The notes: a model not told the origin generated them from the sequence alone. Counted from the stretch's first letter, positions 9,065 through 19,360 are shown. The stretch: 64,000 nucleotides of DNA from a bacterium (GCA_963618995.1 CAVEUD010000010.1:3330-67329); one strand, 5' to 3'. Program-made: numbers and translations.

Positions 9065-9102
9065 ACGAAAAGACCTCCGGCTGCCGCCGGAGGTCTTTTC
9101 GT
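9065..9102. terminator. Perfect 16-bp hairpin, likely a bidirectional terminator
   Basis: ACGAAAAGACCTCCGG-N6-CCGGAGGTCTTTTCGT. Confidence 0.8.
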
Positions 9103-9330
9103 GTGGTAGATGGCGGAAAATTCCAACGCAGCTTAAACTTCGCCGACATCTCCCATGACCATGCGTATATTCGCTTCCTGATTAAAAAAGGCGGCAGCGG
9201 AAAAGTTTTATGGCAGCGACGCCGGTTCTGGCAGAAAAAACAAATCCCCGACCTCTGGCTCTTTCGCGCCGCCGGTAGTATAGTAGCGCAATGGGCGCTC
9301 GCGCCCAAGAAAAAGCGGAGGATTCGGTAA

Positions 9331-9882
9331 ATGAAAGAACTACTCGACTTATATCTGTCGTTTTTCAAAATGGGCGCAGTCACATTCGGCGGAGGCTACA
9401 CGATGCTGCCGATACTGAAACGCGAATGCGTCGAAAATAAGCGCTGGGTCAGCGACGAGCAGGTGATGGATTTCTACGCCGTCAGCCAGGGGCTGCCGGG
9501 CATCATCGCCGTCAATGTCGCAGTCTTTATCGGCTACCATGTACGACGCACTGCGGGCGGCATCGCGGCTGCGCTCGGCTGCGTCTCGCCATGCATCGTG
9601 ATCATTAGCATAATAGCCGCCTTCCTTACGAACTTTCAGGACAACGCCGTCGTGCGCGAAGCGATGGCCGGCGTATCGATATGCGTCGTCGCTCTGATAC
9701 TCGACGCGGTGCTCGGTCTCTGGAAGAAAGGCGTCAAGGACAAACTCGGCGTAGCTGTCTGCGCCGCCGTCTTCGTTTTAATGGAGTTTACGCCGGTTTC
9801 TCCTATTCCGATAATCGTCGGCGCGGCGCTGCTCGGCGTCGTCTGCAAGACGCTCGCCGCTAAAAAGGAGGCTGCGAAGTAA
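9331..9882 (+). CDS. chrA: Chromate transporter, short-chain CHR subunit 1
   Basis: FFKMGAVTFGGGYTMLP and SQGLPGIIAVN motifs. Confidence 0.9.
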   Translation: MKELLDLYLSFFKMGAVTFGGGYTMLPILKRECVENKRWVSDEQVMDFYAVSQGLPGIIAVNVAVFIGYHVRRTAGGIAAALGCVSPCIVIISIIAAFLTNFQDNAVVREAMAGVSICVVALILDAVLGLWKKGVKDKLGVAVCAAVFVLMEFTPVSPIPIIVGAALLGVVCKTLAAKKEAAK

Positions 9883-10446
9883 ATGATACTGCTTCAGCTT
9901 TTCGCCGAATTCTTCAAGATAGGGCTCTTCGCCGTCGGCGGCGGCATGGCGACGATTCCGTTCCTCCAGGAACTCGGCCAGCGCACGCACTGGTTCAGCC
10001 AGCGTTTTATAACGGACATGATAGCGATATCGGAATCGACGCCGGGGCCGATCGGCATCAACATGGCGACCTACGTCGGCTTCAGCCTCTCTGGCGTGAT
10101 AGGCGGCATCGTCGCGACGTTCGGCGTCGTAGTCCCGGCGGTCGTCATAGTCACGCTCGTTTCAAAATCGCTTGAAAAATTCAGCGGCAACAAGTACGTC
10201 GATTATATCTTCTACGGCCTGCGCCCCGCCGTGACTGGGCTTATCGCGGCCGCGGGCTTCGACGTTTTCCGCATCGCCGTCGTCCATATAGGCGAGTCAA
10301 TGCCGCCGCTGTCTGCGGTGCCGTGGTGGCGCATCGCCTACTTCGTCGTTATTCTGTACTTAATAAGGAAGTTCAAGAAACACCCGATAGTCTATATAGC
10401 GGCGTCCGCCGTCGTAGGGATAATAGCCGCGCCGCTGTTTATGTAG
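9883..10446 (+). CDS. chrA: Chromate transporter, short-chain CHR subunit 2
   Basis: FFKIGLFAVGGGMATIP and SESTPGPIGINMATYVG; abuts subunit 1. Confidence 0.9.
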   Translation: MILLQLFAEFFKIGLFAVGGGMATIPFLQELGQRTHWFSQRFITDMIAISESTPGPIGINMATYVGFSLSGVIGGIVATFGVVVPAVVIVTLVSKSLEKFSGNKYVDYIFYGLRPAVTGLIAAAGFDVFRIAVVHIGESMPPLSAVPWWRIAYFVVILYLIRKFKKHPIVYIAASAVVGIIAAPLFM

Positions 10447-10520
10447 CGAAGGGCGGTTTCAAGGCCCTGCCGCGCTTTTAAGTAAATCGCCTCAGAGCAA
10501 AGCCGCGCGCGCCGCGGCTT

Positions 10521-11071
10521 TTACTTTCTGCCGCCGCGGGGTTTCGACGCACGCCTTTCGTCTTTCGTTACAAGATAAATAATGTGCGGCATTTCCCTGC
10601 CTTTGTAGATTTTTACGAAATTCTCGCGCTCCGTCATGCCGAGCCGTTCCGCTACGCGCCGCGAGGCGCTGTTTCCCGGGCGTATCTCGGCGATGACCTC
10701 GCTGGCGTTGAGTCGGTCGAACGCATAATCTACGCATGACGCCGCACCCTCCGTCGCGTAGCCGCGCCCCCAGAAATTCCTGCCTAGTATATAGACGACG
10801 CCCATTCGCCGCTCGCCGTCCACGTTCTCGACAGCGGGCCGATGAACCCCGCAAGAGCGCCGCTTGCGCGGTCGACCGCTGCGAGGCAGCCGAAGCCGTC
10901 GCGCCGGTACCTCGCAATGTTTTCCGCTATCCACGCGCGCACCTCGCCGTCCGAAAAGCCGTGTTCCCAGGCATACACCACCAGCGCGTCGCCGAGAATT
11001 TCGCGCGCCGCCTCAAAATCCGCCTTCGTCAGCTCGCGCAGCAGAAGCCGCTCCGTTTCTATGACAGGCAT
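10521..11071 (-). pseudogene. RimJ/RimL-type GNAT acetyltransferase with a frameshift near 10833
   Basis: N-half MPVIETERLLLREL...LAGFIGPL and C-half VENVDGE...FWGRGYATEGA...NSASRRVAERLGM lie in different frames. Confidence 0.8.
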
Positions 11072-11144
11072 TAATCAGCCCTCCGTTAGCCGCGCGCCGG
11101 TTTTTCAGCGCCTCGCGGCGTTTTTCGCACTTTTTTGCTTCGTC

Positions 11145-12788
11145 CTACTGGCAGCTGTTGACGTTCATCATGTTCAGTTTGAGCGCAATGTCTACTGCAA
11201 GTCGCTCTTCGTAGTCGTGCAAGTTAACCTCTAGCAGCTCGCAGATTTTTGCAAAACGGTATTTGACCGAGTTGTAATGTATCATCAGCACTTCGCTCGC
11301 CATTTTAAGATTCCAGCCGCATTTTATTATCGCCTCGAGCGTTTCTGTCAGCGAGGCGCTGTACTTCGCGTCGTAGTCGGCGAGCGGCCTGACGTAGCGC
11401 TCTATGAATTCACGGGCTTCTTTAGTCCCCGCTATCGACGAGAGCAGCCTGTATATACCCATGCGGCTGTAGAAAAGGATGCAGTCGAATTTTTCTATCC
11501 GGTAGCCGAGGTTTATCGAGGTGCGCGCTTGTCTGTAGCTTTTGTGAATATCGCGGATGTTCGGGAAATATTCGCCGACGCCCATAGTGACGGTGAAAAT
11601 CATTTTACCGGCTATTCTGCTGCGTATTGCGTCGAATACGCCTTCAAGCTGCGCGTATATTTTGTTCTGATCGTATTTCTCTGGCGAGACTATAAACACG
11701 GCGAGGTCGCTCTGTTTGTAACACTTCGCACTTGGAAAGGCCGCAACCATCTGGTTTATCGATATGTCGAAGATGCCGCGCGACGCCTCTTGAAGCTTCG
11801 AGTCCTTTTTGAGGTCGAAGCCTGTGACATAGCATTTTTTTATGTTGTTGATGTCGATTATGACGACGAGACCGCCGTTGTGAAAGTTCCACCCGTATAG
11901 ACGGGCGCGGCTGTGTATCTCCGTCTCTGTCTTGACGTTGTTGGTCAGCAGGTCTTCGAGGAATACGTCGCGGTATTTGTCCTCTATGCGCTGGCTGGCG
12001 ACTCTGTCCATCATCCTGAGCGCGAGCACCGTCGCCGCGTATTCGAGCGCAGCCGTTATCATATCATTGTCGCGGGCCGCCCCGCCGTCGCCGTCAAGCA
12101 TGATGTAGCCGAAGCTCTCAGCGCTGTTGGCGACGCTGTGGCAAACGTACTGCGACAAAATCTCCGGCGTCAGTTCGTCGAAATTCGTTCCAGCGAGGCG
12201 GGCGCATATGCTGCCTGCACCGTCTGAACAGTGTATGCGGCGGAAACGAGTGTCGACGAAGACGGCGCTGCGCCCCAGCAACGATCGCAGCGCGGATAGC
12301 ACGTCCACGACGCTGTTGCCATTGACTGCGAGTTTCAGAAATTTGTCGAGTATCTTCTCGGAGTAGATGAGTCGCGCGGACTGCCTGTCGACTACAGCGG
12401 CTATCACGGGGTTTATAATGTCGCGAAAGGCGTATTTTTCCGGGACGGAGATTATCGGGAAGCCGAGCAGATCTGCGGCGGCTAGCGCTTCATGCGGCAT
12501 TTCGTTTATGAAACGGCCAGACTTCACTCCTAAGCCGGCGGCGTTTTTCTTATGAAGTTGATAGACGAGCTCCGTCAGCAGCCGTTCGTCGTTCTTCACG
12601 GCGAACGCGGTGGTGAGCACCAGCTCCTCGCCTCTCAGCCATGCGGAACCGTCCGGCGTGTCCACCACTGTGACAGAGGCTATTTTTTTGCGTAGGCCGT
12701 TTCTTCCAGCTAGGAGCTTTATGCCGGAAAGAGACGGCATTGCAAACAGGTCTTCCACTGTTACGGCTGTTACGGCGTTTTCGTTCAC
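11145..12788 (-). CDS. PucR/CdaR-family transcriptional regulator
   Basis: N-terminal PucR ligand-binding domain (WLRGEELVLTTA) and C-terminal HTH (ASEVLMIHYNSVKYR). Confidence 0.92.
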   Translation of the reverse strand: MNENAVTAVTVEDLFAMPSLSGIKLLAGRNGLRKKIASVTVVDTPDGSAWLRGEELVLTTAFAVKNDERLLTELVYQLHKKNAAGLGVKSGRFINEMPHEALAAADLLGFPIISVPEKYAFRDIINPVIAAVVDRQSARLIYSEKILDKFLKLAVNGNSVVDVLSALRSLLGRSAVFVDTRFRRIHCSDGAGSICARLAGTNFDELTPEILSQYVCHSVANSAESFGYIMLDGDGGAARDNDMITAALEYAATVLALRMMDRVASQRIEDKYRDVFLEDLLTNNVKTETEIHSRARLYGWNFHNGGLVVIIDINNIKKCYVTGFDLKKDSKLQEASRGIFDISINQMVAAFPSAKCYKQSDLAVFIVSPEKYDQNKIYAQLEGVFDAIRSRIAGKMIFTVTMGVGEYFPNIRDIHKSYRQARTSINLGYRIEKFDCILFYSRMGIYRLLSSIAGTKEAREFIERYVRPLADYDAKYSASLTETLEAIIKCGWNLKMASEVLMIHYNSVKYRFAKICELLEVNLHDYEERLAVDIALKLNMMNVNSCQ

Positions 12789-12838
12789 GGAGCGTCACTC
12801 CCATAATTTTGATTTGCTGTGCCAGGCGCTGAGGCTTT

Positions 12839-12857
12839 TTTGTATTTTAGATACAAA
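12839..12857. promoter_or_regulatory. Candidate PucR-family operator
   Basis: Perfect inverted repeat TTTGTAT-N5-ATACAAA between the divergent regulator and operon. Confidence 0.55.
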
Positions 12858-13207
12858 GATAACGCCGTTTTATTATATCATAGCGATTTCCAGTCTGGCC
12901 CGCGATCTACGGACGGTCATTGCTTGTACTACGTGGACATGAAAATTTGCTTTTTCATGTACTGCACAGATAAGAATCATGCTGTACAGAGCGCGGGAAT
13001 GCGCTATGGCGGGGCGTAGATTACGTGTTGTCCGCGGAGTATATACCGAAGACAAAAACTGCGTGATATTCATGTACGCACGCTATAATTTCACGCGCGC
13101 CCAGCTTCCGTATAATTTATTTAATTCTCAACGGGACGAGGTTGGTTCTGCAGCTTATCATCGTTTCCGTGTTGGGCTGACGCTCAAATAAAAATAAGGA
13201 GTGTGTT

Positions 13208-13927
13208 GTGAAGATGGACGATTATCTACAAGTTGCCAACTCCGGCATGGCATGGCTTTTGTGCGCTTCAACTGTTGTCATCACCGTCCTTCAGGCCGTC
13301 CTTTACGTGAGGATGGCGCGCAGGACGGCGCGAGAGGCGGAGATCGACCCGACTGTCGTTAAGACTTCATTCAGGATCGGACTTATATCCGCGATAGGCC
13401 CCGCGATGGGCGTATTTATCGTTATGGTCGGACTAATGGCTGCGATAGGCGGCCCGATGGCGTGGTTGCGCCTTTCGATAATCGGGGCGGCTCCGACGGA
13501 GCTGACCGCCGCCACCTATGGCGCGCAGGCCTCGGGCGTCGAGCTCGGCGGCCAGGGCTACGGGCTTACGGCGATGGCCGTGTCGTGGTTCGCGATGGCG
13601 CTGAACGGAGCAGGGTGGCTTATCTTCACTGGGTTATTCACGCCGAGCCTTGAAAAGCTTCGCGAGCGCATGAGCGGCGGAGACACGAAATGGCTCATCG
13701 TCCTCTCGGGCGCATGTTCGCTGGGTATCTTCGGCTATCTCAACAACAACGAAATCATCAAAGGCGGCGGCAGCGCGCTCGCGTCGATTTCCGGGGCTTT
13801 GTGCATGGTGATGCTCGTCAAATACGTAGTGCCGAAATGTCCGAAACTCATGGAATACTCGCTCGGTATAGCGATGATAGTCGGAATGGTCTGCGCCGTC
13901 GTCTTCGACACGATGGCCGGGAAGTAA
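13208..13927 (+). CDS. DUF5058-family membrane protein
   Basis: 239 aa hydrophobic; YLQVANS...AIGP...PMAWLRLSIIGA.TEL signature. Confidence 0.8.
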   Translation: MKMDDYLQVANSGMAWLLCASTVVITVLQAVLYVRMARRTAREAEIDPTVVKTSFRIGLISAIGPAMGVFIVMVGLMAAIGGPMAWLRLSIIGAAPTELTAATYGAQASGVELGGQGYGLTAMAVSWFAMALNGAGWLIFTGLFTPSLEKLRERMSGGDTKWLIVLSGACSLGIFGYLNNNEIIKGGGSALASISGALCMVMLVKYVVPKCPKLMEYSLGIAMIVGMVCAVVFDTMAGK

Positions 13928-13943
13928 GCGGGAGGCGCGTAAA

Positions 13944-14609
13944 ATGGAAAACAAGACTATGGAAAACTGGAAAAGAAGCTGCACCCGCATAGGAGCGCCG
14001 ACGAACCTGCTGGCCGCGGCGACGTCATTCATACCGGTGCTGTGGCTATGCTCGACATACGACTGCTGGCCTGCGCTCGACGTCGTCCTGTTGGCCTGGA
14101 GCATGGTTGCTCTGTCGTTCGGCGCCTTCTACTTCGTCGAACCGATCTCCTACTACGCGGCGCTCGGCATGTCCGGGACCTACCTCAGCTTCCTCTCCGG
14201 CAATATCGGGAACATGCGCGTCCCGGTCGCCGCGATGGCGCTCGAATCCACCGACAGCCAGCCCGGCACTCTTCAGGCCGAGGTTGCGTCGACGATGGCG
14301 ATATGCGGCTCAATCATAACGAACCTCGTATTCACGACGATGGCGGCGATAATCGGCGCGGCGGTCGTCGCGATACTTCCGGAATTCATCGTCGCCGCGC
14401 TTACGAAGTACGCGGCCGCGGCGATATTCGGCGGAACCTTCGGCAATTTCGCGATAAAATACCCGAAGGTGGCGGTTTTTTCACTCGGCCTGCCGCTTGC
14501 GATAAAGCTGACGGTCGGCGCGCCCGCTTGGCTTCTCATCGTCATATCGGTCTTCGGCAGCCTCGCCGTCGCGAGATTCTTCTACGTGCGCGAACACAGA
14601 ACAGCTTAA
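13944..14609 (+). CDS. Membrane protein, typical DUF5058 partner (probable transporter subunit)
   Basis: 221 aa hydrophobic; VEPISYY...LG.SGTYLSFLSGNIGNMRVP. Confidence 0.7.
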   Translation: MENKTMENWKRSCTRIGAPTNLLAAATSFIPVLWLCSTYDCWPALDVVLLAWSMVALSFGAFYFVEPISYYAALGMSGTYLSFLSGNIGNMRVPVAAMALESTDSQPGTLQAEVASTMAICGSIITNLVFTTMAAIIGAAVVAILPEFIVAALTKYAAAAIFGGTFGNFAIKYPKVAVFSLGLPLAIKLTVGAPAWLLIVISVFGSLAVARFFYVREHRTA

Positions 14610-14630
14610 CCATATAAGGAGGAACAGGCA

Positions 14631-15806
14631 ATGTGGCAGGAATGTGAAAAGCTGCAAGATTATATAGTAGGGCTCAGAAGAGACCTTCACAAGATACCGG
14701 AGACCGGGACGGATCTCCCGGAGACGCAGGCCTATATCTGCGCGGAACTCGACAGACTCGGCGTCTGCTACTCGAAAAACAAGGGAGACTCCGGAATAAT
14801 CGGGGAGATAAAGGGCGGGAAGCCAGGAAAAACCGTCCTGCTCCGCGCCGACATTGACGCGTTGCCGATACACGAGGAGACGGGGCTTCCTTTCGCATCG
14901 CAGCACGATGGAAAAATGCACGCCTGCGGTCACGACGCGCACGCCGCCATGCTCATCGGCGCGTTGAAGGTTCTCAACGAACGCCGCGAAGAACTGAACG
15001 GAAACGTGAAATTCGTATTCCAGACCGCCGAGGAGATTTCCAAGGGCTCGCAGATAGCGATAAAAGAGGGCGTAATGGACGGCGTAGACGCGGTGTTCGG
15101 AATACATATCGGCTCTATACTCGGCTCGTGGCTCCCGTCGGGGGCAATCTCCGTCGTTCCCGGCTGCTGCATGGCCTCGTTCGACCGCTTCGTCCTGACG
15201 GTGAAAGGCAACGGCTGCCACGGCTCCACGCCGGAAAAAGGCGTCGACCCGATAAACATCGCCTGCAACGTCGTGCTCTCGCTCCAGGAAGTCATAGCGC
15301 GTGAAATTGCCGGTACGAAGCCTGCGGTCCTCACGGTAGGGATAATAAACGGCGGTTTTGCATATAACATAATCCCGTCGGAGGTTAAAATCGAAGGAAC
15401 GATCCGCGCCGTCGAGGAGTCTGTGCGCCAGCAGCTCGCCAAGCGCATTGAAGAAATATCGAAAAACATCGCCGCCGCCTTCCGCGGAAGCGTCGATTTC
15501 TTTATGGACTGGGGCGCGCCGCCCGTTATCAACGACGAAAAGATGGCCGCGCTCGCCGCGAAGGCCGCCGCGAAGGTCCTCGGCGAAGAGCACGTGGTGA
15601 CGGCGCAGGACGCGCCGAACATGGGCGGCGAAGACTTTGCCTACTATCTCGCGGAAAAACCGGGAGCTTTCATGTTCCTAAGCTCCGCCGACGCAGCGAA
15701 GCACTCCGACGTGCCGCACCACAACCCGAAATTCATGGTCGACGAAGACGTGCTCAGCAAAGGCAGCGCCGTATTCGTCTCGATAGTCGAAGATTTCCTC
15801 AAATAA
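14631..15806 (+). CDS. M20 family amidohydrolase (hippurate hydrolase / Acy1-like)
   Basis: RRDLHKIPE, LRADIDALP, MHACGHDAH, FQTAEE, GGEDFAYY, HHNPKF. Confidence 0.95.
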   Translation: MWQECEKLQDYIVGLRRDLHKIPETGTDLPETQAYICAELDRLGVCYSKNKGDSGIIGEIKGGKPGKTVLLRADIDALPIHEETGLPFASQHDGKMHACGHDAHAAMLIGALKVLNERREELNGNVKFVFQTAEEISKGSQIAIKEGVMDGVDAVFGIHIGSILGSWLPSGAISVVPGCCMASFDRFVLTVKGNGCHGSTPEKGVDPINIACNVVLSLQEVIAREIAGTKPAVLTVGIINGGFAYNIIPSEVKIEGTIRAVEESVRQQLAKRIEEISKNIAAAFRGSVDFFMDWGAPPVINDEKMAALAAKAAAKVLGEEHVVTAQDAPNMGGEDFAYYLAEKPGAFMFLSSADAAKHSDVPHHNPKFMVDEDVLSKGSAVFVSIVEDFLK

Positions 15807-15823
15807 CCGGACAGGAACACGCT

Positions 15824-15855
15824 GAGGGGGCCGCAGGCGGCGGCCCCCTTTTTTC
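15824..15855 (+). terminator. Intrinsic terminator
   Basis: Stem AGGGGGCCGC/GCGGCCCCCT followed by a T-run. Confidence 0.75.
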
Positions 15856-15998
15856 ATTACCTACAGCGCGCGCTGCAAAGCCGCGGGAAGCCTCGCGCAT
15901 CCGGAGGCTTTTTGCGTGAAGGCGCGGACGCCACAGCGGCATAGATTTAAGTTACAATATCAGCGTATGGACGAAAAGCAGAAAGGGGGAGATTTTTC

Positions 15999-16346
15999 AT
16001 GATAGACCTTGAAAGGCTCTGGCGCGACGCGAAGGTCGGCACGCCCGTCTGCGCCGTCACCGGGACGACGAAGAACGCGGTTCTGAACGCGATCACCGAA
16101 GGCGCGCGCACGCTCGAAGATATAGAGGCGGCGGTGCCGCTCTGCGGCGGCGGATGCGCGCTGCGCAATGTCTCTGGCTGCGGCTGCCGAGAGAACGCCG
16201 CGGCGCTGTTAAAAATTTACGTCCCTGTCTTTGAAATGATGACCGAGGACGGCGGCTGCCGTCACGGCAGGCCCGCGCCGAAGCCTGAGGGCTGCGCCGG
16301 CGTCCGCACCGAAAAGTGCGGCGGCTGCGCCGGCTGCGGCGCGTAG
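15999..16346 (+). CDS. BFD-like (2Fe-2S)-binding domain protein with Cys-rich tail
   Basis: PVC...AITEGARTLEDI...LCGGGC...SGCGC; tail ends KCGGCAGCGA; GGGAGA RBS. Confidence 0.65.
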   Translation: MIDLERLWRDAKVGTPVCAVTGTTKNAVLNAITEGARTLEDIEAAVPLCGGGCALRNVSGCGCRENAAALLKIYVPVFEMMTEDGGCRHGRPAPKPEGCAGVRTEKCGGCAGCGA

Positions 16347-16779
16347 CGTAAATCAGCCTGAAATCAAAAAATTCAGCGCCTCGCTGGATTTTTTGCGTTT
16401 TACGAAACAGCGTCCGCGGCACTGCGCGTCTCGCAGCGGAGTAAAAACGGCTCGGCCAGTCGCCCTGCTCGTGGCGTAGCGTCCTCTCCTTGAAGCGGGC
16501 TTCTTGGAGTTACGCGAGCTGATGCCGGACGTCGGCGGAGTTTTTCGGATGGAGGCGCGGCACTGTGTATTTAGATGCCGCAGCGTGCAGGCGCCGAATT
16601 CAGCATCGGAGCGCGGAGCTGCGTTCATCAGGCGTCTTTTTTAGACGGCTGACGCCTAAAAGCGGCGGGAAATCCGCATTGCGCTGCCTGCGACGAGGCG
16701 GGAAGTTTCACTGCCTCGCGGGATTTTAACGCGATCACCAATCGAAACGAAAAAATTAAAACACAGGAGGCAACGATAA

Positions 16780-17223
16780 ATGACAGGATGGATAAAAGAA
16801 TTTAAAGAATTTGCTGTACGCGGCAACGTCATGGACATGGCCGTCGGCGTCATAATAGGCGCGGCCTTCGGCAAAATCGTCACCTCGCTCGTCAACGATG
16901 TGATAATGCCGCCGTTAGGGCTGCTCGCGGGCGGTATGGACTTTTCGAACCTTTTCATAAACCTTTCCGGTGCGCCCGTCGCGACGCTTGCCGAGGCGAG
17001 GGCGGCGAGCCTTCCGGTCATCGCCTACGGCTCGTTCATCAACACCGTAATTAACTTCCTGATACAGGCCTGGGCGATCTTCCTCGTCGTCAAGTGCGCA
17101 AACAGGCTGCGCAAGCGCGCCCCAGAAGAGCCGAAGCCCGCGCCGCGGCTCTGCCCCTACTGCCTTTCAGAAATAAATGAAAAAGCGACGAGATGCCCCC
17201 ACTGCACATCTGAGCTGGAATAG
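16780..17223 (+). CDS. mscL: Large-conductance mechanosensitive channel with C-terminal zinc-ribbon-like tail
   Basis: [32 protein letters not shown]; tail CPYC-X10-CPHC. Confidence 0.95.
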   Translation: MTGWIKEFKEFAVRGNVMDMAVGVIIGAAFGKIVTSLVNDVIMPPLGLLAGGMDFSNLFINLSGAPVATLAEARAASLPVIAYGSFINTVINFLIQAWAIFLVVKCANRLRKRAPEEPKPAPRLCPYCLSEINEKATRCPHCTSELE

Positions 17224-17312
17224 AACCGCCGGAAGATTCACGTAAGCCGCAATAAAACGCAGCCCGCCGCAGTACGCAAAACGCGGCGGGCTCGTTGTAT
17301 TCCGCGGATTTC

Positions 17313-18689
17313 TCACTGCCTCGCGGGTTTTCCCAACAATCTTGCCAGCGCTATGCCGCGCAGATCTTTTTTGAAGCGGCGCAGGACTTCAAGCGAGAGC
17401 AGCGCGGCGAGCAGGGCCGTGCCGACGAAGTTGAGCCAGAGGCCCGTCAGCCCGAGCGGGCGGAGCAGGAACATCAGCAGCGCCGGGAAGACGAAGGCCG
17501 TCGAAAACGAAATCGCAGCCGCCGGAGCGGGACGTTCGACGGCGAGCATATAGCTCTGCGTCGCGAAGGAAAACCAGCGCGCCAGGTATGTCGCGCTGAA
17601 CAGCCGCAGCGCGAACACCGCCGTCTCCAAGAATTCCGCCCCCGCGTCGGCTATGAACAGCGAAGCTATCCGCGCAGGGAAGAGGAAAATCACAGCCGCT
17701 GCAGCAAGCGAAACCGCCGCGCTCGAGGCGAAGCATAGTTTTTCAATCGACTTCACGCGGCAGTAGCGTCCCGCGCCCCAGTTATAGCCGACGGCGGGCT
17801 GGAGGCCGTCGCATAGGCCGTAGCAGAGCGCTAGCACAAGATATTCGATGGTCATCAGAATTCCGTAGACGGAGACAGCGTCAGCGCCGCCGAGACGTAT
17901 AAGCAGCATATTCATCATTATCGAGGTTACGCGTCCCGCAATGTTGTTCAGGAAGTTCGGCGCGCCCGCCGCGACGATGCGCCGCGTCATCGCGAAGCTG
18001 AAGCGCGGACGTCGGAATCGCAGCTGGGCCCTGCCGAGGAGGAACGGCGCGAAGGCTATCGCCGCGCTTATCATCATGCCGAGGCAGGTCGCGAGCGCCG
18101 CGCTCCATATACCGAAGCCGAATATTCCGAGGAAAAGTAATTCGAGGGAGCAGCTTAGTATCGACATAAAGATGTTGAGCGCCATACTGCCGCGCACGTA
18201 GCCGCATACGCGCAGGTAGTTGTCCACCGCAAAGATTATCGTCGTAAGCGGCGAGCAGACCGCGTAAACGCGCAGATATTCGACGGCGAGGCGCGCCAGC
18301 TCGCCCTCCGCCCCCATCAGCCTCATCAGTAGCGGGGCGGCGAAGAAGAGCGCCGCGCCGACGGCCGCGCCCGCCGCGACGATCATCGCGCAGGCGCATG
18401 AAAAAATATTGTTCGCCCGCTCCTCCTCGCCGCGCCCGAGGCTTATGGAAATAGGCACGGCGGAGCCCACGCCTATGAGGTCGGCGAGGGCGAAATTTAT
18501 CACGACGAATGAAAATACGAAACTCTGCGCCGCAAACGCCTGCGCGCCGAGAAAACGCCCGACGAGCACTCCGTCGGCGACGGCGTAGAGCGACGACGCG
18601 AGCATACTTATAGCGCCCGGCACCGCTACCGCGAAAAAAAGACGCGACGGGCGCGTCTTAGTAAAAAAATCGTGTGTGCGCCTCTCCAC
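17313..18689 (-). CDS. MATE family efflux transporter
   Basis: 458 aa, about 12 TM; DGVLVGRFLG and QPAVGYNWGAG. Confidence 0.9.
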   Translation of the reverse strand: MERRTHDFFTKTRPSRLFFAVAVPGAISMLASSLYAVADGVLVGRFLGAQAFAAQSFVFSFVVINFALADLIGVGSAVPISISLGRGEEERANNIFSCACAMIVAAGAAVGAALFFAAPLLMRLMGAEGELARLAVEYLRVYAVCSPLTTIIFAVDNYLRVCGYVRGSMALNIFMSILSCSLELLFLGIFGFGIWSAALATCLGMMISAAIAFAPFLLGRAQLRFRRPRFSFAMTRRIVAAGAPNFLNNIAGRVTSIMMNMLLIRLGGADAVSVYGILMTIEYLVLALCYGLCDGLQPAVGYNWGAGRYCRVKSIEKLCFASSAAVSLAAAAVIFLFPARIASLFIADAGAEFLETAVFALRLFSATYLARWFSFATQSYMLAVERPAPAAAISFSTAFVFPALLMFLLRPLGLTGLWLNFVGTALLAALLSLEVLRRFKKDLRGIALARLLGKPARQ

Positions 18690-18704
18690 GGAAGTTCCTC
18701 CAAA

Positions 18705-19148
18705 TCAGCGCGGGGAGCGCGCGCTCATCTCCTCGCACAAACATTCGGTAAAATATTCCATCGCGTTGATAAATTCGGTGGAAAATTTCGCCGACGTCCT
18801 CTCAAGCGCCGCCCGCTCCGCCGCGTGGACTTTCTCCATCGCGCTTCCGGCATAGCGCAGCCCGGCCTCCGTAAGGCGTATGGCCTTCTCGCGCGCCGCA
18901 GAGGGCAGAAGCTCGGCGTAGCCCTCCTTCACAAGCTCCATGACGATCGTGTTCACTGTCGTCTTTGGGAGAAGCCAGTCGCCGCAAATTTGTTTCTGTG
19001 TGTGCGGCTCCCCGTCGTCAAGCGCGTAAAGCACGTTCAGCTCGTTTTCCTTTATGCCGAGCTTCCGCGCTAAGAGATAATACGCCCCGTCGGCCTTCAC
19101 GGTCGCAAGACCGAGCCTTCGCACAAGTTCGTAGCCGTCCCGCTCCAT
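18705..19148 (-). CDS. MarR-family transcriptional regulator
   Basis: VLYAL...TQKQIC...PKTTVNTIV.ELVKEGY...REKAIRLTEAG winged HTH; co-oriented with the MATE gene. Confidence 0.88.
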   Translation of the reverse strand: MERDGYELVRRLGLATVKADGAYYLLARKLGIKENELNVLYALDDGEPHTQKQICGDWLLPKTTVNTIVMELVKEGYAELLPSAAREKAIRLTEAGLRYAGSAMEKVHAAERAALERTSAKFSTEFINAMEYFTECLCEEMSARSPR

Positions 19149-19331
19149 CGGCAGCCCTCCTCACAGTACGAAATCGTACTCTATGCGACGGATTATAATA
19201 CGAATTCGTACTCCGGTCAAACAAGGCGCGCTTTTCGCGGCGTATCAACAAAGGGAACCCGTCCCGGCCTCTTTGTGCTGCGCGCTCGGATTTTCCCGCC
19301 GCTGCGAAATCGCCGACCTGCCGCTTCGGTG

Positions 19332-19360
19332 TTGATACCGCAGCCGTTTAACAATATAAT
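19332..19360 (+). promoter_or_regulatory. sigma70 promoter of trpS
   Basis: TTGATA-17 bp-TATAAT. Confidence 0.7.

Noticed and set aside
16350..16700. Long intergenic stretch before mscL with short ORFs
   Set aside because: No supportable product or RNA family.
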